NCBI GenBank assembly: GCA_965224245.1
Contig: OZ245046.1
Location: 1,664,001-1,728,000 of the forward strand
DNA length: 64,000 bases
Reading direction: 5' to 3'
Source: Candidatus Eiseniibacteriota bacterium
GTDB taxonomy: Bacteria > Eisenbacteria > RBG-16-71-46 > CAZAMP01
Shown: piece after piece, positions 1-9,906 of the stretch
Position numbering within the stretch: the first letter of the stretch is position 1
Layout of the letters: each line of letters begins with the position of its first letter
The notes under the pieces: generated by a model
What the model was told of the DNA's origin: nothing
Database searches by the model: none
The model's input: the letters and a program-made list of their open reading frames with translations, nothing else
Position numbers and translations under genes: made by a program

Positions 1-334
1 GAAACGCGTGCCCGAGCGTCAGCCGCAGGTATGGAAACCGTTTGTCGTCCTTCAGATTGACGTTGTAGCGCGGCTTGTACTCCTTGATCAGCGACTGCTC
101 GAGGATCAGCGCCTCGAGCTCGGTGTCCGTGACCAGGTAGTCGACGTCCTCGATCTTCGCGACCAGCGCGTCGGTGCGCGGATGCGGCGTCCGGGACGGC
201 GCGAAATACGAGGCCACGCGCGCGCGGAGAATGCGCGCCTTGCCGATGTAGAGGACCTTTCCCCGGCGGTCCTTCATGAAGTACACGCCCGGGGTCCTGG
301 GGAGACCCGCGAGCTTCGTCGTGAGATCACTCAT
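1..334 (-). CDS. uvrC: Excinuclease ABC subunit C, N-terminal GIY-YIG part (runs off the window edge)
   Basis: Not in the ORF track. Manual minus-strand translation from the ATG at 334 gives MSDLTTKLAGLPRTPGVYFMKDRRGKVLYIGKA..LRARVASYF...TDTELEALILEQSLIKEYKPRYNVNLKDDKRFPYL. The start overlaps the murJ stop (ATGA). Confidence 0.95.
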   Translation of the reverse strand, partial: MSDLTTKLAGLPRTPGVYFMKDRRGKVLYIGKARILRARVASYFAPSRTPHPRTDALVAKIEDVDYLVTDTELEALILEQSLIKEYKPRYNVNLKDDKRFPYLRLTLGHAF

Positions 335-1932
335 GAGCCGACTCTCCGCCGGAGGCTCCACAGAAAGGACAGCTCCTCGCACCCGATCACGCGGGCCGCC
401 GCCAGATACGATACCGCTCCCGCGCCCAGGGGCACGAACACGTGCGCGAGGCGTGCGACCCATGTCGGGTCCGGCATCCGCGTCCCGATCCCCCACGAAG
501 CGCCGCCCATGGCCAGCGCGGCGATGGCGGTGGCCACCCCGATCCGGGCCAGACGGCGCACGAGCATCCCCCCGCCGACGTGGCCGAGCCGGCGCCGGAG
601 CGCGAGGGTCAACAGGCTCACGTTCAGCCCCGCGCTGAGCGCGGTGGCGAGCGCCAGCCCACCGAGCCGCATCGGTCCCATCAGGACGAGGTTCAGCACG
701 ATGTTGGACACCAGCGCAGCCGCCGCGCACCACACGGGCGTGCGCGTGTCCTGGAACGCGAAGAACACCGGCGCGATCACCTTGACCGAGCCGTAGAACA
801 GGAGACCGGCGCCGTAAAAGGTGATCGCCTGCGTCGTCATCGTCGTGGACGTCGCGGCGTCGAACGCCCCCCGCTGGAAGATCAGCCGCACGATCGGCTC
901 GGGCATCACCACCAGGACCGCGAGCGCGGGCGCCATCAGGAAGAACACCATCCTCAGACCGAATCCGAACGTGTCCCGCACGGCGTTCAGATCCCCCGCG
1001 TGCGCCTGGCGGCTCAGCGTCGGCAGCGTGGCGGTGCCGAGCGCGACGCCGATGACGCCGAGCGGCAGGTGCATCAGGCGCATGCCGTATTCGAGCGACG
1101 CGACCGACCCCGTCTCCAGGAGGCTCGCGAGGATGGTGTCCACCACGGCGTTGATCTCGCTGACCCCGATTCCGACCAGGCCTGGCGCCATCAGCGTCCC
1201 GATCCGGCGCACGCGTGGATCGCGCCACGCGGGAAGGAAGCGCGGCCTGAACCCGCGCCGCCAGAGCGGCGGCACCTGCACCGCGAGCTGCGCCAGCCCG
1301 CCCACGAGGACGCCGGCGGCCAGCCCCTTCACCTGGACCTCCGGCGCGTCGCCCAGCCGCGGGCAGAGCCCGACCAGCGCGCCGATCATGAACAGGTTCA
1401 TCACGCCGGGCGCCATCGCGGGGGCCCGGAAGTGCTGGAACGCATTCAGGGTGCCCATGCAGACGGTGGCCAGCCCGATGAGGACCAGGTACGGAAACGT
1501 GGCTCGGGTCAGCCAGATCGTCAGCTCGAGCTTGCCGGGCTCGTCGGCGAACCCGGGCACGAACCGGGGCACGAACACCGGGGCGGCCAGGATCAGTCCC
1601 CCGGCCACCAGCACCAGCACGACCCCAAGGAGCGACAGGACGGCGTTGACGAGGCTCCAGACGGCCCGGCGGTCCTCGGTGTGAACGGCCTTCGAGATGA
1701 CGGGCACGAACGCGGCGCTCAGCGAGCCTTCCGCGAAGAACGCCCGGAGCAGGTTCGGGATCCGGTAGGCCGTGACCCAGGCGTCGGCCGCCAGGCCGGT
1801 GCCGAGGAGATAGGCCCGCGCCATGTCTCTGACCAGCCCGAGGATGCGGCTTCCCAGGATGCCCGCCGAGAGCGTTCCGCTGGCCCGCGCCATGCGGCGC
1901 CAGGTGGCGATCTGCGCGTCGGGAGCGGTCAC
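331..1932 (-). CDS. murJ: Lipid II flippase MurJ (MviN)
   Basis: SRILGLVRD, AYRIPNLLRAFFAEGSLSAAFVP, HLPLGVIGVALGTA, FQRGAFD, FFAFQDTRTPV motifs. GTG start at 1932 chosen because AAGGAAGG lies upstream. Confidence 0.95.
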   Translation of the reverse strand: MTAPDAQIATWRRMARASGTLSAGILGSRILGLVRDMARAYLLGTGLAADAWVTAYRIPNLLRAFFAEGSLSAAFVPVISKAVHTEDRRAVWSLVNAVLSLLGVVLVLVAGGLILAAPVFVPRFVPGFADEPGKLELTIWLTRATFPYLVLIGLATVCMGTLNAFQHFRAPAMAPGVMNLFMIGALVGLCPRLGDAPEVQVKGLAAGVLVGGLAQLAVQVPPLWRRGFRPRFLPAWRDPRVRRIGTLMAPGLVGIGVSEINAVVDTILASLLETGSVASLEYGMRLMHLPLGVIGVALGTATLPTLSRQAHAGDLNAVRDTFGFGLRMVFFLMAPALAVLVVMPEPIVRLIFQRGAFDAATSTTMTTQAITFYGAGLLFYGSVKVIAPVFFAFQDTRTPVWCAAAALVSNIVLNLVLMGPMRLGGLALATALSAGLNVSLLTLALRRRLGHVGGGMLVRRLARIGVATAIAALAMGGASWGIGTRMPDPTWVARLAHVFVPLGAGAVSYLAAARVIGCEELSFLWSLRRRVGS

Positions 1933-2325
1933 CGGGCCTTCCTTCGGGCCGCTCGCGCGGCGGGGTCCGCCCCGCCGCCCCGGGGGTGGCCGAGGCCGGG
2001 CTATCACCGCAGAAACCTCACGGTTGCGGCGAAAAAGGGGGTTGATCAAGATTAGTGCTTCCCGCAGAATCTGCAAGTCGGTGATCACTCCGGTCGCGCC
2101 CGAGGGGGCGTGACCGATTCCGTTTCAGGGCGTCAAGCCGTGTTGACGCGGATCGGGGGAATCACTCGAACGCACTTCTCTGTAGTGCTTTAGCGACAAA
2201 CCGCTTGCATCCAGAGGGACACGTCCGGTAGAATGCCTCGGTGCGCATGCATCCAGGTGGAAGTGTGGCCGAGTCGGTTGCGATCGACGACAGCCGCGAC
2301 GTCTTCTTTGTCTAGGGGGGTCTTC

Positions 2326-3030
2326 ATGAAGCGGATTGCTATGGGTGTGGTTGCTGCGGCGACCCTTTTCGCAATTCCGGCAGGTGCGCAGCCATATCCG
2401 TACACGCTGGACATGCACTTCCAGCCGCCGTCGTACGTCGGCTGCACCGAGGGGGCAGTTCAGGACGTGGCGCTCAGCTGCGGCGTGATCAACCCGAACG
2501 CGATCGACGTCGGCGCGTTCGCGCCGAACTTCTGCTGGTTCATCATCGGCGGCGTTCCCGACGGTGCCGGTCCGGGTGCCCCGGGCGGTATCGGCGGTGT
2601 GCAGTTCGGCATCCAGTACGACGCGAGCGTCGTTCTCGGTGGCTCGTTCACGCTGTGCACCGGTGGCTCGGAGATTCCGCAGAACGATGCCGGCGGCACG
2701 TGGCCAGCCTCCGGAACCGGCAACGCGATTACCTGGGGTGGCGGCTGCTACCTGGTGACCGACAACCCCGACGGCGCGACCAAGATCGGCTTCCTCCCGA
2801 TCAATCCGGGCTCGGCCGGTGAGATCCGCTTCATCGAGGACCCGCGCATCGGCACCGCGCAGGCCGCCGGCTGTGACGCCGCGATCTCGCGAATCTGCCG
2901 CCAGTCGATGGGTATCGGCGACGCCACGGTCCCGGGCACGCTGGGTGAGGCCAAGTGCGGCTTCCTCTGCCCCGTTCCGGTCCAGGAAGCCAGCTGGGGC
3001 TCGATCAAGAGCATCTACGGCGACCACTAA
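2326..3030 (+). CDS. Secreted Cys-rich hypothetical protein with C-terminal SWGxIKxxY tag
   Basis: Signal peptide MKRIAMGVVAAATLFAIPAGA, RBS-like AGGGGGG, ends PVPVQEASWGSIKSIYGDH, terminator follows. Paralog of 32687..33367. Confidence 0.85.
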   Translation: MKRIAMGVVAAATLFAIPAGAQPYPYTLDMHFQPPSYVGCTEGAVQDVALSCGVINPNAIDVGAFAPNFCWFIIGGVPDGAGPGAPGGIGGVQFGIQYDASVVLGGSFTLCTGGSEIPQNDAGGTWPASGTGNAITWGGGCYLVTDNPDGATKIGFLPINPGSAGEIRFIEDPRIGTAQAAGCDAAISRICRQSMGIGDATVPGTLGEAKCGFLCPVPVQEASWGSIKSIYGDH

Positions 3031-3054
3031 GACCGGTTCGTTCGAGTCAGTTTG

Positions 3055-3085
3055 GAGCGGCGCCCTCGGGGTGCCGCTCTTTTTT
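3055..3085 (+). terminator. Rho-independent terminator
   Basis: Hairpin GAGCGGCGCCC-TCG-GGGTGCCGCTC followed by TTTTTT, 25 nt after the stop at 3030. Confidence 0.9.
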
Positions 3086-3123
3086 GTTGTGCCCTCGGGT
3101 TCGCGCCCTCGCGTTTCCCGGTC

Positions 3124-3581
3124 TCACGTCAGAAGCACGCCGCGAGACACCGTGCGGTAGCGCGCGTTGTCGGGATGGCGCGCGATGAGCCGGCGCTCCT
3201 CCACCTTCGCCTTCCACACGTAGAAAGCCACCGACGCCCCCGCGACGAGCACGACGGCCAGGGTGGCCGCATCAGCGCCGTTCCCATCGAACCACCCACG
3301 GCGGCGGTGTACATCGGATGACGCAGGTGCCGGTAGATGCCGCTCGTCACGAGTCGTGCATCCTCGCGGGGCGTGGGTGCCACCCGAAAGGCGCGTCCGA
3401 GCGCAGCGAAGGCCGTCACGGCCACGAGCAGCGATCCCGCGAGCATGGAAGCGCCCACGACGCGAAGCGCGCTCAGAGCCTCTCTGGCGGTCTCGCGGGG
3501 TACGATCGCGGGTCCGGCCTCCGTGGCGGCAGACGCCACGAGTGCGCCGACGAGCACGAGCTGAACGAGGGCGTACGTCAT
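3124..3581 (-). pseudogene. Isoprenylcysteine carboxylmethyltransferase/PEMT-family membrane protein with an apparent frameshift near 3268
   Basis: LVTSGIYRHLRHPMYT motif in the annotated frame. The family-like C-terminus (TLAVVLVAGASVAFYVWKAKVEERRLIARHPDNARYRTVSRGVLLT*) lies in another frame, ending at TGA 3126-3124. Confidence 0.7.
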
Positions 3582-3670
3582 GTGACGCAGTCTACCGGTG
3601 TGGCCGCGGCGGTCGCCAGCCGGGCCGGTCGGTCTCCTCGCTCTCCTCCAAATCCCCCGGGTAGCTGGTG

Positions 3671-3676
3671 TATAAT
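3671..3676 (+). promoter_or_regulatory. Possible sigma70 -10 box
   Basis: Perfect TATAAT in a GC-rich intergenic gap about 45 nt upstream of the ATG at 3722. No clear -35. Confidence 0.35.
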
Positions 3677-3721
3677 TCCCGTTCGTTGCCCCGACACCAC
3701 GCTCGCCGATGAAGAGGTTCG

Positions 3722-5686
3722 ATGTCGACTCGAACGCTCAGCACCTTGCCTTCCGTCGCCGTCGCGGCCGTGGTCGTGGCTGCCGCATCGCAGGCGGACG
3801 GGGCCGATCTCGAGGTTCTCGTTCCCATGCGCGACGGCGTGGGACTGGCCACCCAGGTGTTCTTTCCGGACGACGGCTCCAGCTGGCCCGCCATACTCTC
3901 CCGCACGCCGTACGACATCGAGAGCGACGTCATCGCCGACCCCGAGTGGATCGGGTTCGTGACGAGCCGCGACTACGCTTACGTCATCCAGGACACGCGG
4001 GGCCGCTTCGCGTCCGAGGGAGCCGACTCGGTCTTCTGGACCGACGGCTGGGGCGCGCTGCAGGACGGCTACGACACGATCGAGTGGATCGCCGCGCAGC
4101 CCTGGTGTGACGGCAACGTCGGCATGCACGGCGGCTCCGCGCGCGGCATCGTGCAGTACCTGGCCGCGGGAGCCGCGCCGCCTCACCTCAAGGCCTGCGT
4201 CGTGCGCGCCGCCACCGAGGACTTCTACGACAACGCGTTCTTCCAGGGCGGAGGCTATCGCGAGTCGCTCGTCCAGGGCTGGTTCGACTCGATCGACAAC
4301 CCCGAGATGGCGGCGTTCTACTCCGCGCACCCGGTGCGAACCGAGTTCTGGGACCAGGTGGATCTGGGTGCACGCGCCGCGAGCGCACAGGTGCCGATTC
4401 TCAACATCGGGGGCTTCTACGGGGTCTTCGGGGAGTCGGCCATCGATGCGTTCCGGGCGCTGGAGTTCGGCGGTGGCCCCGGTGCCCTCGGGAACCAGCG
4501 TCTGGTGATCGGACCGTGGACGCACGACGGCATCGAACGCTTCGATCAGGGCGAGCTCACCTACCCGGAGAACTCCTACTACGGCACGAACACGCTCCGC
4601 TGGCGGTGGTACGACCGCTGGCTGAAGGGCATCATGAACGGCGTCGACGAGGAGCCCGCCGTCGACTTCTACCTGATGGGAGACCCGGACGATCCGCTGG
4701 CCCCCGGCAACCTGTGGATCTCCTCCGACGACTTCCCGCCCGACGTCGTCGCCACGCCGTACTACTTCCACACCGGCGCGTCGGGCGCACCGTTCGGCCT
4801 GGAGACGACGCCGGCGGAGGTGTCGGACGATGGGTTCTGGTACAGCCACGACCCCGCGACGCCGGTCGCCACCCGCGGCGGCCGGAATCTCGAGCTCCCG
4901 AGCGGCCCCTACGATCAGCGCCCGGTCCACGCGGGGCGGAGCGACATCCTGTCGCTCCGCACGTCTCCGCTCACCGAGCCGGTGATCGTCGCGGGAGAGA
5001 TCCGGGTGCGCTTCTGGGCGGAGTGCTCCACGCCGGACACCGACTGGTGCGCGAAGCTCATCGACGTGTATCCGGATGGACGCGAGATGCTGGTGACCGA
5101 CGGCATCCTCCGTGCTCGCTTTCGCAACGGATTCGATCACGAGGAGCTCGTGGTGCCGGGCGAGGTGCACGAGTACGAGATCGACCTCTGGTCCACCGCC
5201 CTGGTGTTCGCGACCGGCCATCGCATCCAGGTCTCCCTGAGCGGCTCGAACAACCGGCGCTTCGCGATCAATCCGAACAACGGCCTTCCGTTCGGCCAGT
5301 CGACGCCGGTCCAGGTCGCCATCGTGCGCGTGCGGGCCGACGCGACGTACCCCAGCCACGTCCTCCTTCCGGTCGCGACCGATGACATCATCGTCGCGAC
5401 GCCGCCGTCCTCCGGCCGGCCCTCTGCCATCCTGCGCGTGTCGGCGAGCCCGGCCCGGCGCGTCGTGCTGACGGCGAGCGGCGACGTCGTGCCCGACCGG
5501 GTGTCGGTCTACGACACGATGGGACGTCTCGTGCGCACGCTGTCCCCGACCTTCCGCGACGGGGGCGCGCGCTTCGTCTGGGACGGCGTCTCGCGGACCG
5601 GCGCGCGCGCGGCGCCGGGCGTGTACTGGGTGCGCGCCGCCGCGGGCACGCGCGACTGGACCCGGTCGGTCGTTCTCCTTCGATAG
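3722..5686 (+). CDS. CocE/NonD family (peptidase S15) serine hydrolase, secreted, with C-terminal FlgD-Ig-like domain
   Basis: VPMRDGV.LAT, RTPY, QDTRGRFASEG, DGYDTIEWIAAQPW.DGNVG, GGSARG nucleophile elbow, IGPWTH; tail VYDTMGRLVRTL...WDG...APGVYWVR. Confidence 0.9.
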   Translation: MSTRTLSTLPSVAVAAVVVAAASQADGADLEVLVPMRDGVGLATQVFFPDDGSSWPAILSRTPYDIESDVIADPEWIGFVTSRDYAYVIQDTRGRFASEGADSVFWTDGWGALQDGYDTIEWIAAQPWCDGNVGMHGGSARGIVQYLAAGAAPPHLKACVVRAATEDFYDNAFFQGGGYRESLVQGWFDSIDNPEMAAFYSAHPVRTEFWDQVDLGARAASAQVPILNIGGFYGVFGESAIDAFRALEFGGGPGALGNQRLVIGPWTHDGIERFDQGELTYPENSYYGTNTLRWRWYDRWLKGIMNGVDEEPAVDFYLMGDPDDPLAPGNLWISSDDFPPDVVATPYYFHTGASGAPFGLETTPAEVSDDGFWYSHDPATPVATRGGRNLELPSGPYDQRPVHAGRSDILSLRTSPLTEPVIVAGEIRVRFWAECSTPDTDWCAKLIDVYPDGREMLVTDGILRARFRNGFDHEELVVPGEVHEYEIDLWSTALVFATGHRIQVSLSGSNNRRFAINPNNGLPFGQSTPVQVAIVRVRADATYPSHVLLPVATDDIIVATPPSSGRPSAILRVSASPARRVVLTASGDVVPDRVSVYDTMGRLVRTLSPTFRDGGARFVWDGVSRTGARAAPGVYWVRAAAGTRDWTRSVVLLR

Positions 5687-5785
5687 CCGACCCGGTGCGC
5701 GTCGGCGCGAGGGCCGATCGGGGATGCCCACGACGCCGACGTGGGGTAGTCTCGACCTCCGATCCCGTTACCGGCCCTGGGGACG

Positions 5786-8635
5786 ATGAAGCGAGCGCCG
5801 ATGATCCGAACCCTCTACGTCGTCTTCTTCCTGTCGGGGATGTCGGCGCTCCTGTTCGAGACGCTGTGGTTCCGCCTGGCGGGGCTCACGTTCGGCAACG
5901 GCGTGTGGGCCAGCAGCATCGTGCTGGCCAGCTTCATGGCGGGCCTCGCACTCGGGAATGCGCTGGCGGCCCGCCACGGTGAGCGGATCGCCGATCCCGT
6001 GCGCGCCTATGCGGTGCTCGAGCTCCTGATCGGGGGCATCGGATTCGGGCTCGTGCTCGTGTTTCCGTTTCTGAACGTGCTCCTCTCCTCGATCTTCCAT
6101 CCGCTGGTCGGGAACTCGCTGGCGCTCAACCTGGTCCGCCTCGCCGGCGCGTTCGTGCTCATGCTCGTGCCTGCCTCGGCGATGGGCGCCACGCTGCCGC
6201 TCATGGTGAAGGGGCTCCGCAGCGCACGGACCCCGTTCGGACAGCGCCTGGGAATGCTCTACGGCTGCAACACGCTGGGCGCCGTGGCGGGTGCGCTGGC
6301 CGGCGAGATGGTGCTGATTCACCTGCTGGGGCTCCGGGGCTCCGGGCTCGTCGCCCTCGGCGCGAACGTCCTCGCGGCCGCGGTCGCGCTTCGCGTCGCC
6401 CGTCTCCTCCGGCGCGAGACCGGGCCCGACGCCGCGCGGCCGGACGCCGTCCAACCACGCCCGCTCACCGCCCGCAGTCGGGGCCTTCTGGCCGCCGCGT
6501 TCATGTCGGGCGCCGTTCTCCTGGCGCTCGAGGTCGTCTGGTTTCGATTCATGCTGCTGTTCACGTTCGGGACGAGCCTCGTGTTCTCGGTCATGCTCGC
6601 GGTGGTGCTGGCCGGCATCGGCATCGGGGGAACGGCGGCGTCCCGATGGCTCCGCGCACGGGCGCCCGACCGCGTGCTCCCCGCCGTCGCGTGCGTCTCC
6701 GGAGTGCTCGTGGTGGGTGGGTTCGCGCTCTTCGCGTCCCCCCAGCTCGGGGTCACGCTGAGCTACGTGCGCGACGACCTCGGCTGGGTGACCGCCGCGC
6801 GCGCGCTCGGGCTGATGTTCCCGGTGTCGCTCGCGTCGGGTGTCCTCTTCACGCTGATCGGCGCGGCTCTCCACGCGGAGATCGGCTCCGAGACGCGGTC
6901 GGCCGGTCTCCTGACGCTCTTCAACACGGTCGGCGCGATGCTGGGCGCGCTCCTGGCCGGGTTCGTCCTCCTGCCGCTCTGGGGCATGGAGCGCTCGTTC
7001 CTGGCGCTCGCCATCGCGTACGTCGCGGTCGCCGCGTTCACGCTCGTGCCCCACCCCACCGTGTTCCGACGCACGCGGGCGCGCGTCCTGGTGCCCGCGG
7101 TGATCGCGCTCGGGGCCAGCCTGGTCGCGTTTCCGTTCGGGGCGCTCGGCCGGCACGTGTTCCCGCGGATCGCCGAGTCCAGTGTGAACGGTCCCCACGA
7201 GATCGCGCTCGTGCGCGAGGGCCTCACCGAGACGATCCTCTACGTCCGCCGCGACAAGTTCGGCCTGCCGTTCTTCCACAAGCTCCTGACGAACGGCCAC
7301 GCGATGGCGGCGACCAACACGCACTCCCAGCACTACATGAAGCTCTACGTGTACCTGCCCCTCGCCGTGCATCCCGGGATGCGCGATGCGCTCCTGATCA
7401 GCTACGGGTGCGGTCAGACGGCCAAGGCGCTGACCGATACCGACGAGCTCGACCGCATCGACGTGGTCGACATCTCACGGGACATCCTCGAGGCCACCGA
7501 GATCGTGTTCGACGAGGTCGAGACGTCTCCACTCCGGGATCCCCGCGTGCACGTGTTCGTGGAGGACGGGCGGTTCTTCCTGCAGACGACGACGCGCACG
7601 TACGATCTGATCACCGGCGAGCCTCCGCCCCCGACCGCCGCCGGCACCGTCAACCTTTATTCGCGAGAGTACTTCCAGCTCATCCACGATCGCCTGAAGC
7701 CCGGTGGCATGGCCACGTACTGGCTTCCCCAGCACGCGCTCGACCAGGACGGCGCGCGCGCGATCATCCGCGCGTTCACCGACGTGTTCGAGGAGTCCTC
7801 GCTGTGGATCGGATGCGGGCAGGACTGGATGCTCCTGGGGGTGCGAGGCCCGCATGCGACCGTGAGCGAGGAGCGCTTCGGGCGCCAGTGGCGAAGTCCG
7901 GTCGTGGCGCCCATCCTCCAGGATCTCGGCTTCGAGTACCCCGAGCAGCTCGCCGCCTACTTCATCGCCGATCGTCCGGCCCTTCGCGACCTCGTGACCG
8001 GCACCGAGCCGGTCACCGACGATCGACCCCAGCGGCTCTCCCCGCCGGGGCCGGTGCGCCTCGAGTCGGCGTACGCGACGCTGATCGAGCCGGCCGCCGC
8101 GCGTGACCGGTTCGCCCGGAGCGACCACGTCCGGCGCCTCTTCCCCGACGGCGTACGGCGGCGCGGCGTGTCGTTCTTCGACTTCCGCTACGAGCTCCAC
8201 GACGGACTCTCGCCGTTCAAGGTGGGGCCACGCGGCGCGAGCGGCCTCGCGGGCGTCCACCACGTGATCACGGGCTCGCCGTTCCATACGCTCGTGCTGT
8301 GGCTTCTCGGATCGAGCGTGCGCGAGCAGCAGATCGTGGCCACCGTCGTCCAGGGCGGGGTCACCCACCCCGCGCTCGCGGCCAAGCTCGGTGACCTGGC
8401 CCTGGCGCGGCGCGACTTTCCGGCCGCGGTCGAGCACTACCGGATCGCGTGCGACGCCTTGCCCGATCAGGTGGAGCTTCTCCTGCGCCTCGTGCTGGCG
8501 CTGTGTCTGGCGGAGCGGCGAGACGAGGCCCAGGCGCTGGTGCACGCGCGCGCGGCCGTCGTCCGTCTCGGGGGACGTGAGGACTGGGTGTTCCTCGCGG
8601 GCACGTACGGGCTCCGGCTCCCGGGTCCGGGTTGA
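5786..8635 (+). CDS. Fused MFS-like membrane domain / spermidine synthase-like SAM-dependent transferase with C-terminal TPR-like region
   Basis: FFLSGMSALLFE..W, LYGCNTLGAVAG, repeated TM block, then LLISYGCGQT, DVVDIS, EDGRFFL, YDLITGEP, NLYSREYF...LKPGG. Confidence 0.85.
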   Translation: MKRAPMIRTLYVVFFLSGMSALLFETLWFRLAGLTFGNGVWASSIVLASFMAGLALGNALAARHGERIADPVRAYAVLELLIGGIGFGLVLVFPFLNVLLSSIFHPLVGNSLALNLVRLAGAFVLMLVPASAMGATLPLMVKGLRSARTPFGQRLGMLYGCNTLGAVAGALAGEMVLIHLLGLRGSGLVALGANVLAAAVALRVARLLRRETGPDAARPDAVQPRPLTARSRGLLAAAFMSGAVLLALEVVWFRFMLLFTFGTSLVFSVMLAVVLAGIGIGGTAASRWLRARAPDRVLPAVACVSGVLVVGGFALFASPQLGVTLSYVRDDLGWVTAARALGLMFPVSLASGVLFTLIGAALHAEIGSETRSAGLLTLFNTVGAMLGALLAGFVLLPLWGMERSFLALAIAYVAVAAFTLVPHPTVFRRTRARVLVPAVIALGASLVAFPFGALGRHVFPRIAESSVNGPHEIALVREGLTETILYVRRDKFGLPFFHKLLTNGHAMAATNTHSQHYMKLYVYLPLAVHPGMRDALLISYGCGQTAKALTDTDELDRIDVVDISRDILEATEIVFDEVETSPLRDPRVHVFVEDGRFFLQTTTRTYDLITGEPPPPTAAGTVNLYSREYFQLIHDRLKPGGMATYWLPQHALDQDGARAIIRAFTDVFEESSLWIGCGQDWMLLGVRGPHATVSEERFGRQWRSPVVAPILQDLGFEYPEQLAAYFIADRPALRDLVTGTEPVTDDRPQRLSPPGPVRLESAYATLIEPAAARDRFARSDHVRRLFPDGVRRRGVSFFDFRYELHDGLSPFKVGPRGASGLAGVHHVITGSPFHTLVLWLLGSSVREQQIVATVVQGGVTHPALAAKLGDLALARRDFPAAVEHYRIACDALPDQVELLLRLVLALCLAERRDEAQALVHARAAVVRLGGREDWVFLAGTYGLRLPGPG

Positions 8636-8643
8636 CGGACCGG

Positions 8644-9891
8644 TCACTCGTAGCGAAGCGCGTCGATCGGATTCAGGCGGGCGGCACGAATCGCGGGCAG
8701 GAGGCCGAACCCGACCCCCACCACCGAGCAGAAGACGAGCCCGATGACGGCCCACTCCACCGGGACGTTCGTCTCGAACGACGTGAAGACCGTCACCACG
8801 TTGCCCAGCCCGAAGCCGGCCATCACCCCGAGCGCCCCGCCGATGTTGCAGAGCACGATGGCCTCGAGGAGAAACTGCGTCATGATGTCGCGCGGCTTCG
8901 CGCCGAGCGATTTCCGGATGCCGATCTCCTTGGTGCGCTCGGTCACCGACACCAGCATGATGTTCATGATGCCGATGCCGGCAACGATGAGCGCGATCGT
9001 CCCGATCATGAACGCGGCCAGCTTCACCCCGCGCGTCGTTTGATTGAACTCGGCGATCAGGCTCTCGCTGCTGAAGACGTCGAAGTTGTCCTCTTCGCCC
9101 GGACGGACCCCCCGGGCGCGCCTCATGAGCTGTCGCGTCTCCTCCAGCGCGTCCGCGGCCAGCTCCGGCGTCTTGGCCCGAACCGTGATGTTCACCGACC
9201 GCGAGAACCCTCCCGGATCGACCATGCCGTACGTCTTCAGGTACCGCGTGATCGGGATCAGGACGTAATTGTCGTAGTTGCCTCCGAACGAGGACGTCTT
9301 GGAGTCGAACACCCCGATCACCTGGAACCTCCGGCCGTCCAGCCGCACCTCCTTGCCGATGGGATCGGTGAACGGGAAGAGCTTCTCGGCGATCGCCCAT
9401 CCGATGACCGCGACGCTCCGAGCGGTCTTCACGTCGAACTGCGAGAGGTTGCGACCCATCGCGACGTAGTGGGTGTTGTTGGCTGGATACTCGGGGGTCC
9501 CTCCGCAGATCTGGACGTTCGCGTTGGTGGCCTCGCCCTGGTACTCCATCACGAAGCCGTAGTCCCAGAGCTCCGCTCCCACCAGATCCACCGTGTCGAC
9601 CTGGTCGCGGATCAGCTGGGCGTGCTCGACCGTGATGGGTGGGCGCCGCCGGGCCTTGCGGCGCTCCTCGTCGCTGTTGAAGCCCCCCGCGGGCCACTTC
9701 TGCACCTGGAACACCTGCGTGCCGAGTACGCTCATCTCCTTCTCCATCGTGCCCTGGACGACCGAGATCGCCGTCATGACGGCGATGATGGACGCCACGC
9801 CGGCGACGATGCCCACCAGGGTCAGGAACGAGCGGAGCTTGTGGCTCTGGACGGCCCGGAGCGCCATCGCGAAGATGTCGAGTACCGGCAT
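8644..9891 (-). CDS. ABC transporter permease, MacB/FtsX family
   Basis: KLRSFLTLVGI, GIGIMNIMLVSVTERTKEIGIRKSLGA, PAIRAARLNPIDALRYE. Confidence 0.95.
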   Translation of the reverse strand: MPVLDIFAMALRAVQSHKLRSFLTLVGIVAGVASIIAVMTAISVVQGTMEKEMSVLGTQVFQVQKWPAGGFNSDEERRKARRRPPITVEHAQLIRDQVDTVDLVGAELWDYGFVMEYQGEATNANVQICGGTPEYPANNTHYVAMGRNLSQFDVKTARSVAVIGWAIAEKLFPFTDPIGKEVRLDGRRFQVIGVFDSKTSSFGGNYDNYVLIPITRYLKTYGMVDPGGFSRSVNITVRAKTPELAADALEETRQLMRRARGVRPGEEDNFDVFSSESLIAEFNQTTRGVKLAAFMIGTIALIVAGIGIMNIMLVSVTERTKEIGIRKSLGAKPRDIMTQFLLEAIVLCNIGGALGVMAGFGLGNVVTVFTSFETNVPVEWAVIGLVFCSVVGVGFGLLPAIRAARLNPIDALRYE

Positions 9892-9906
9892 TCGGCTAGG
9901 CCTCCA

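Noticed and set aside
8-796. Plus-strand 262-aa ORF
   Set aside because: Antisense shadow of uvrC and murJ; the minus strand carries the recognisable motifs.
1933-2325. Lower-GC intergenic region as a possible ncRNA or riboswitch
   Set aside because: No recognisable RNA family motif; adequately explained as a divergent promoter region. An Rfam/Infernal scan would settle it.
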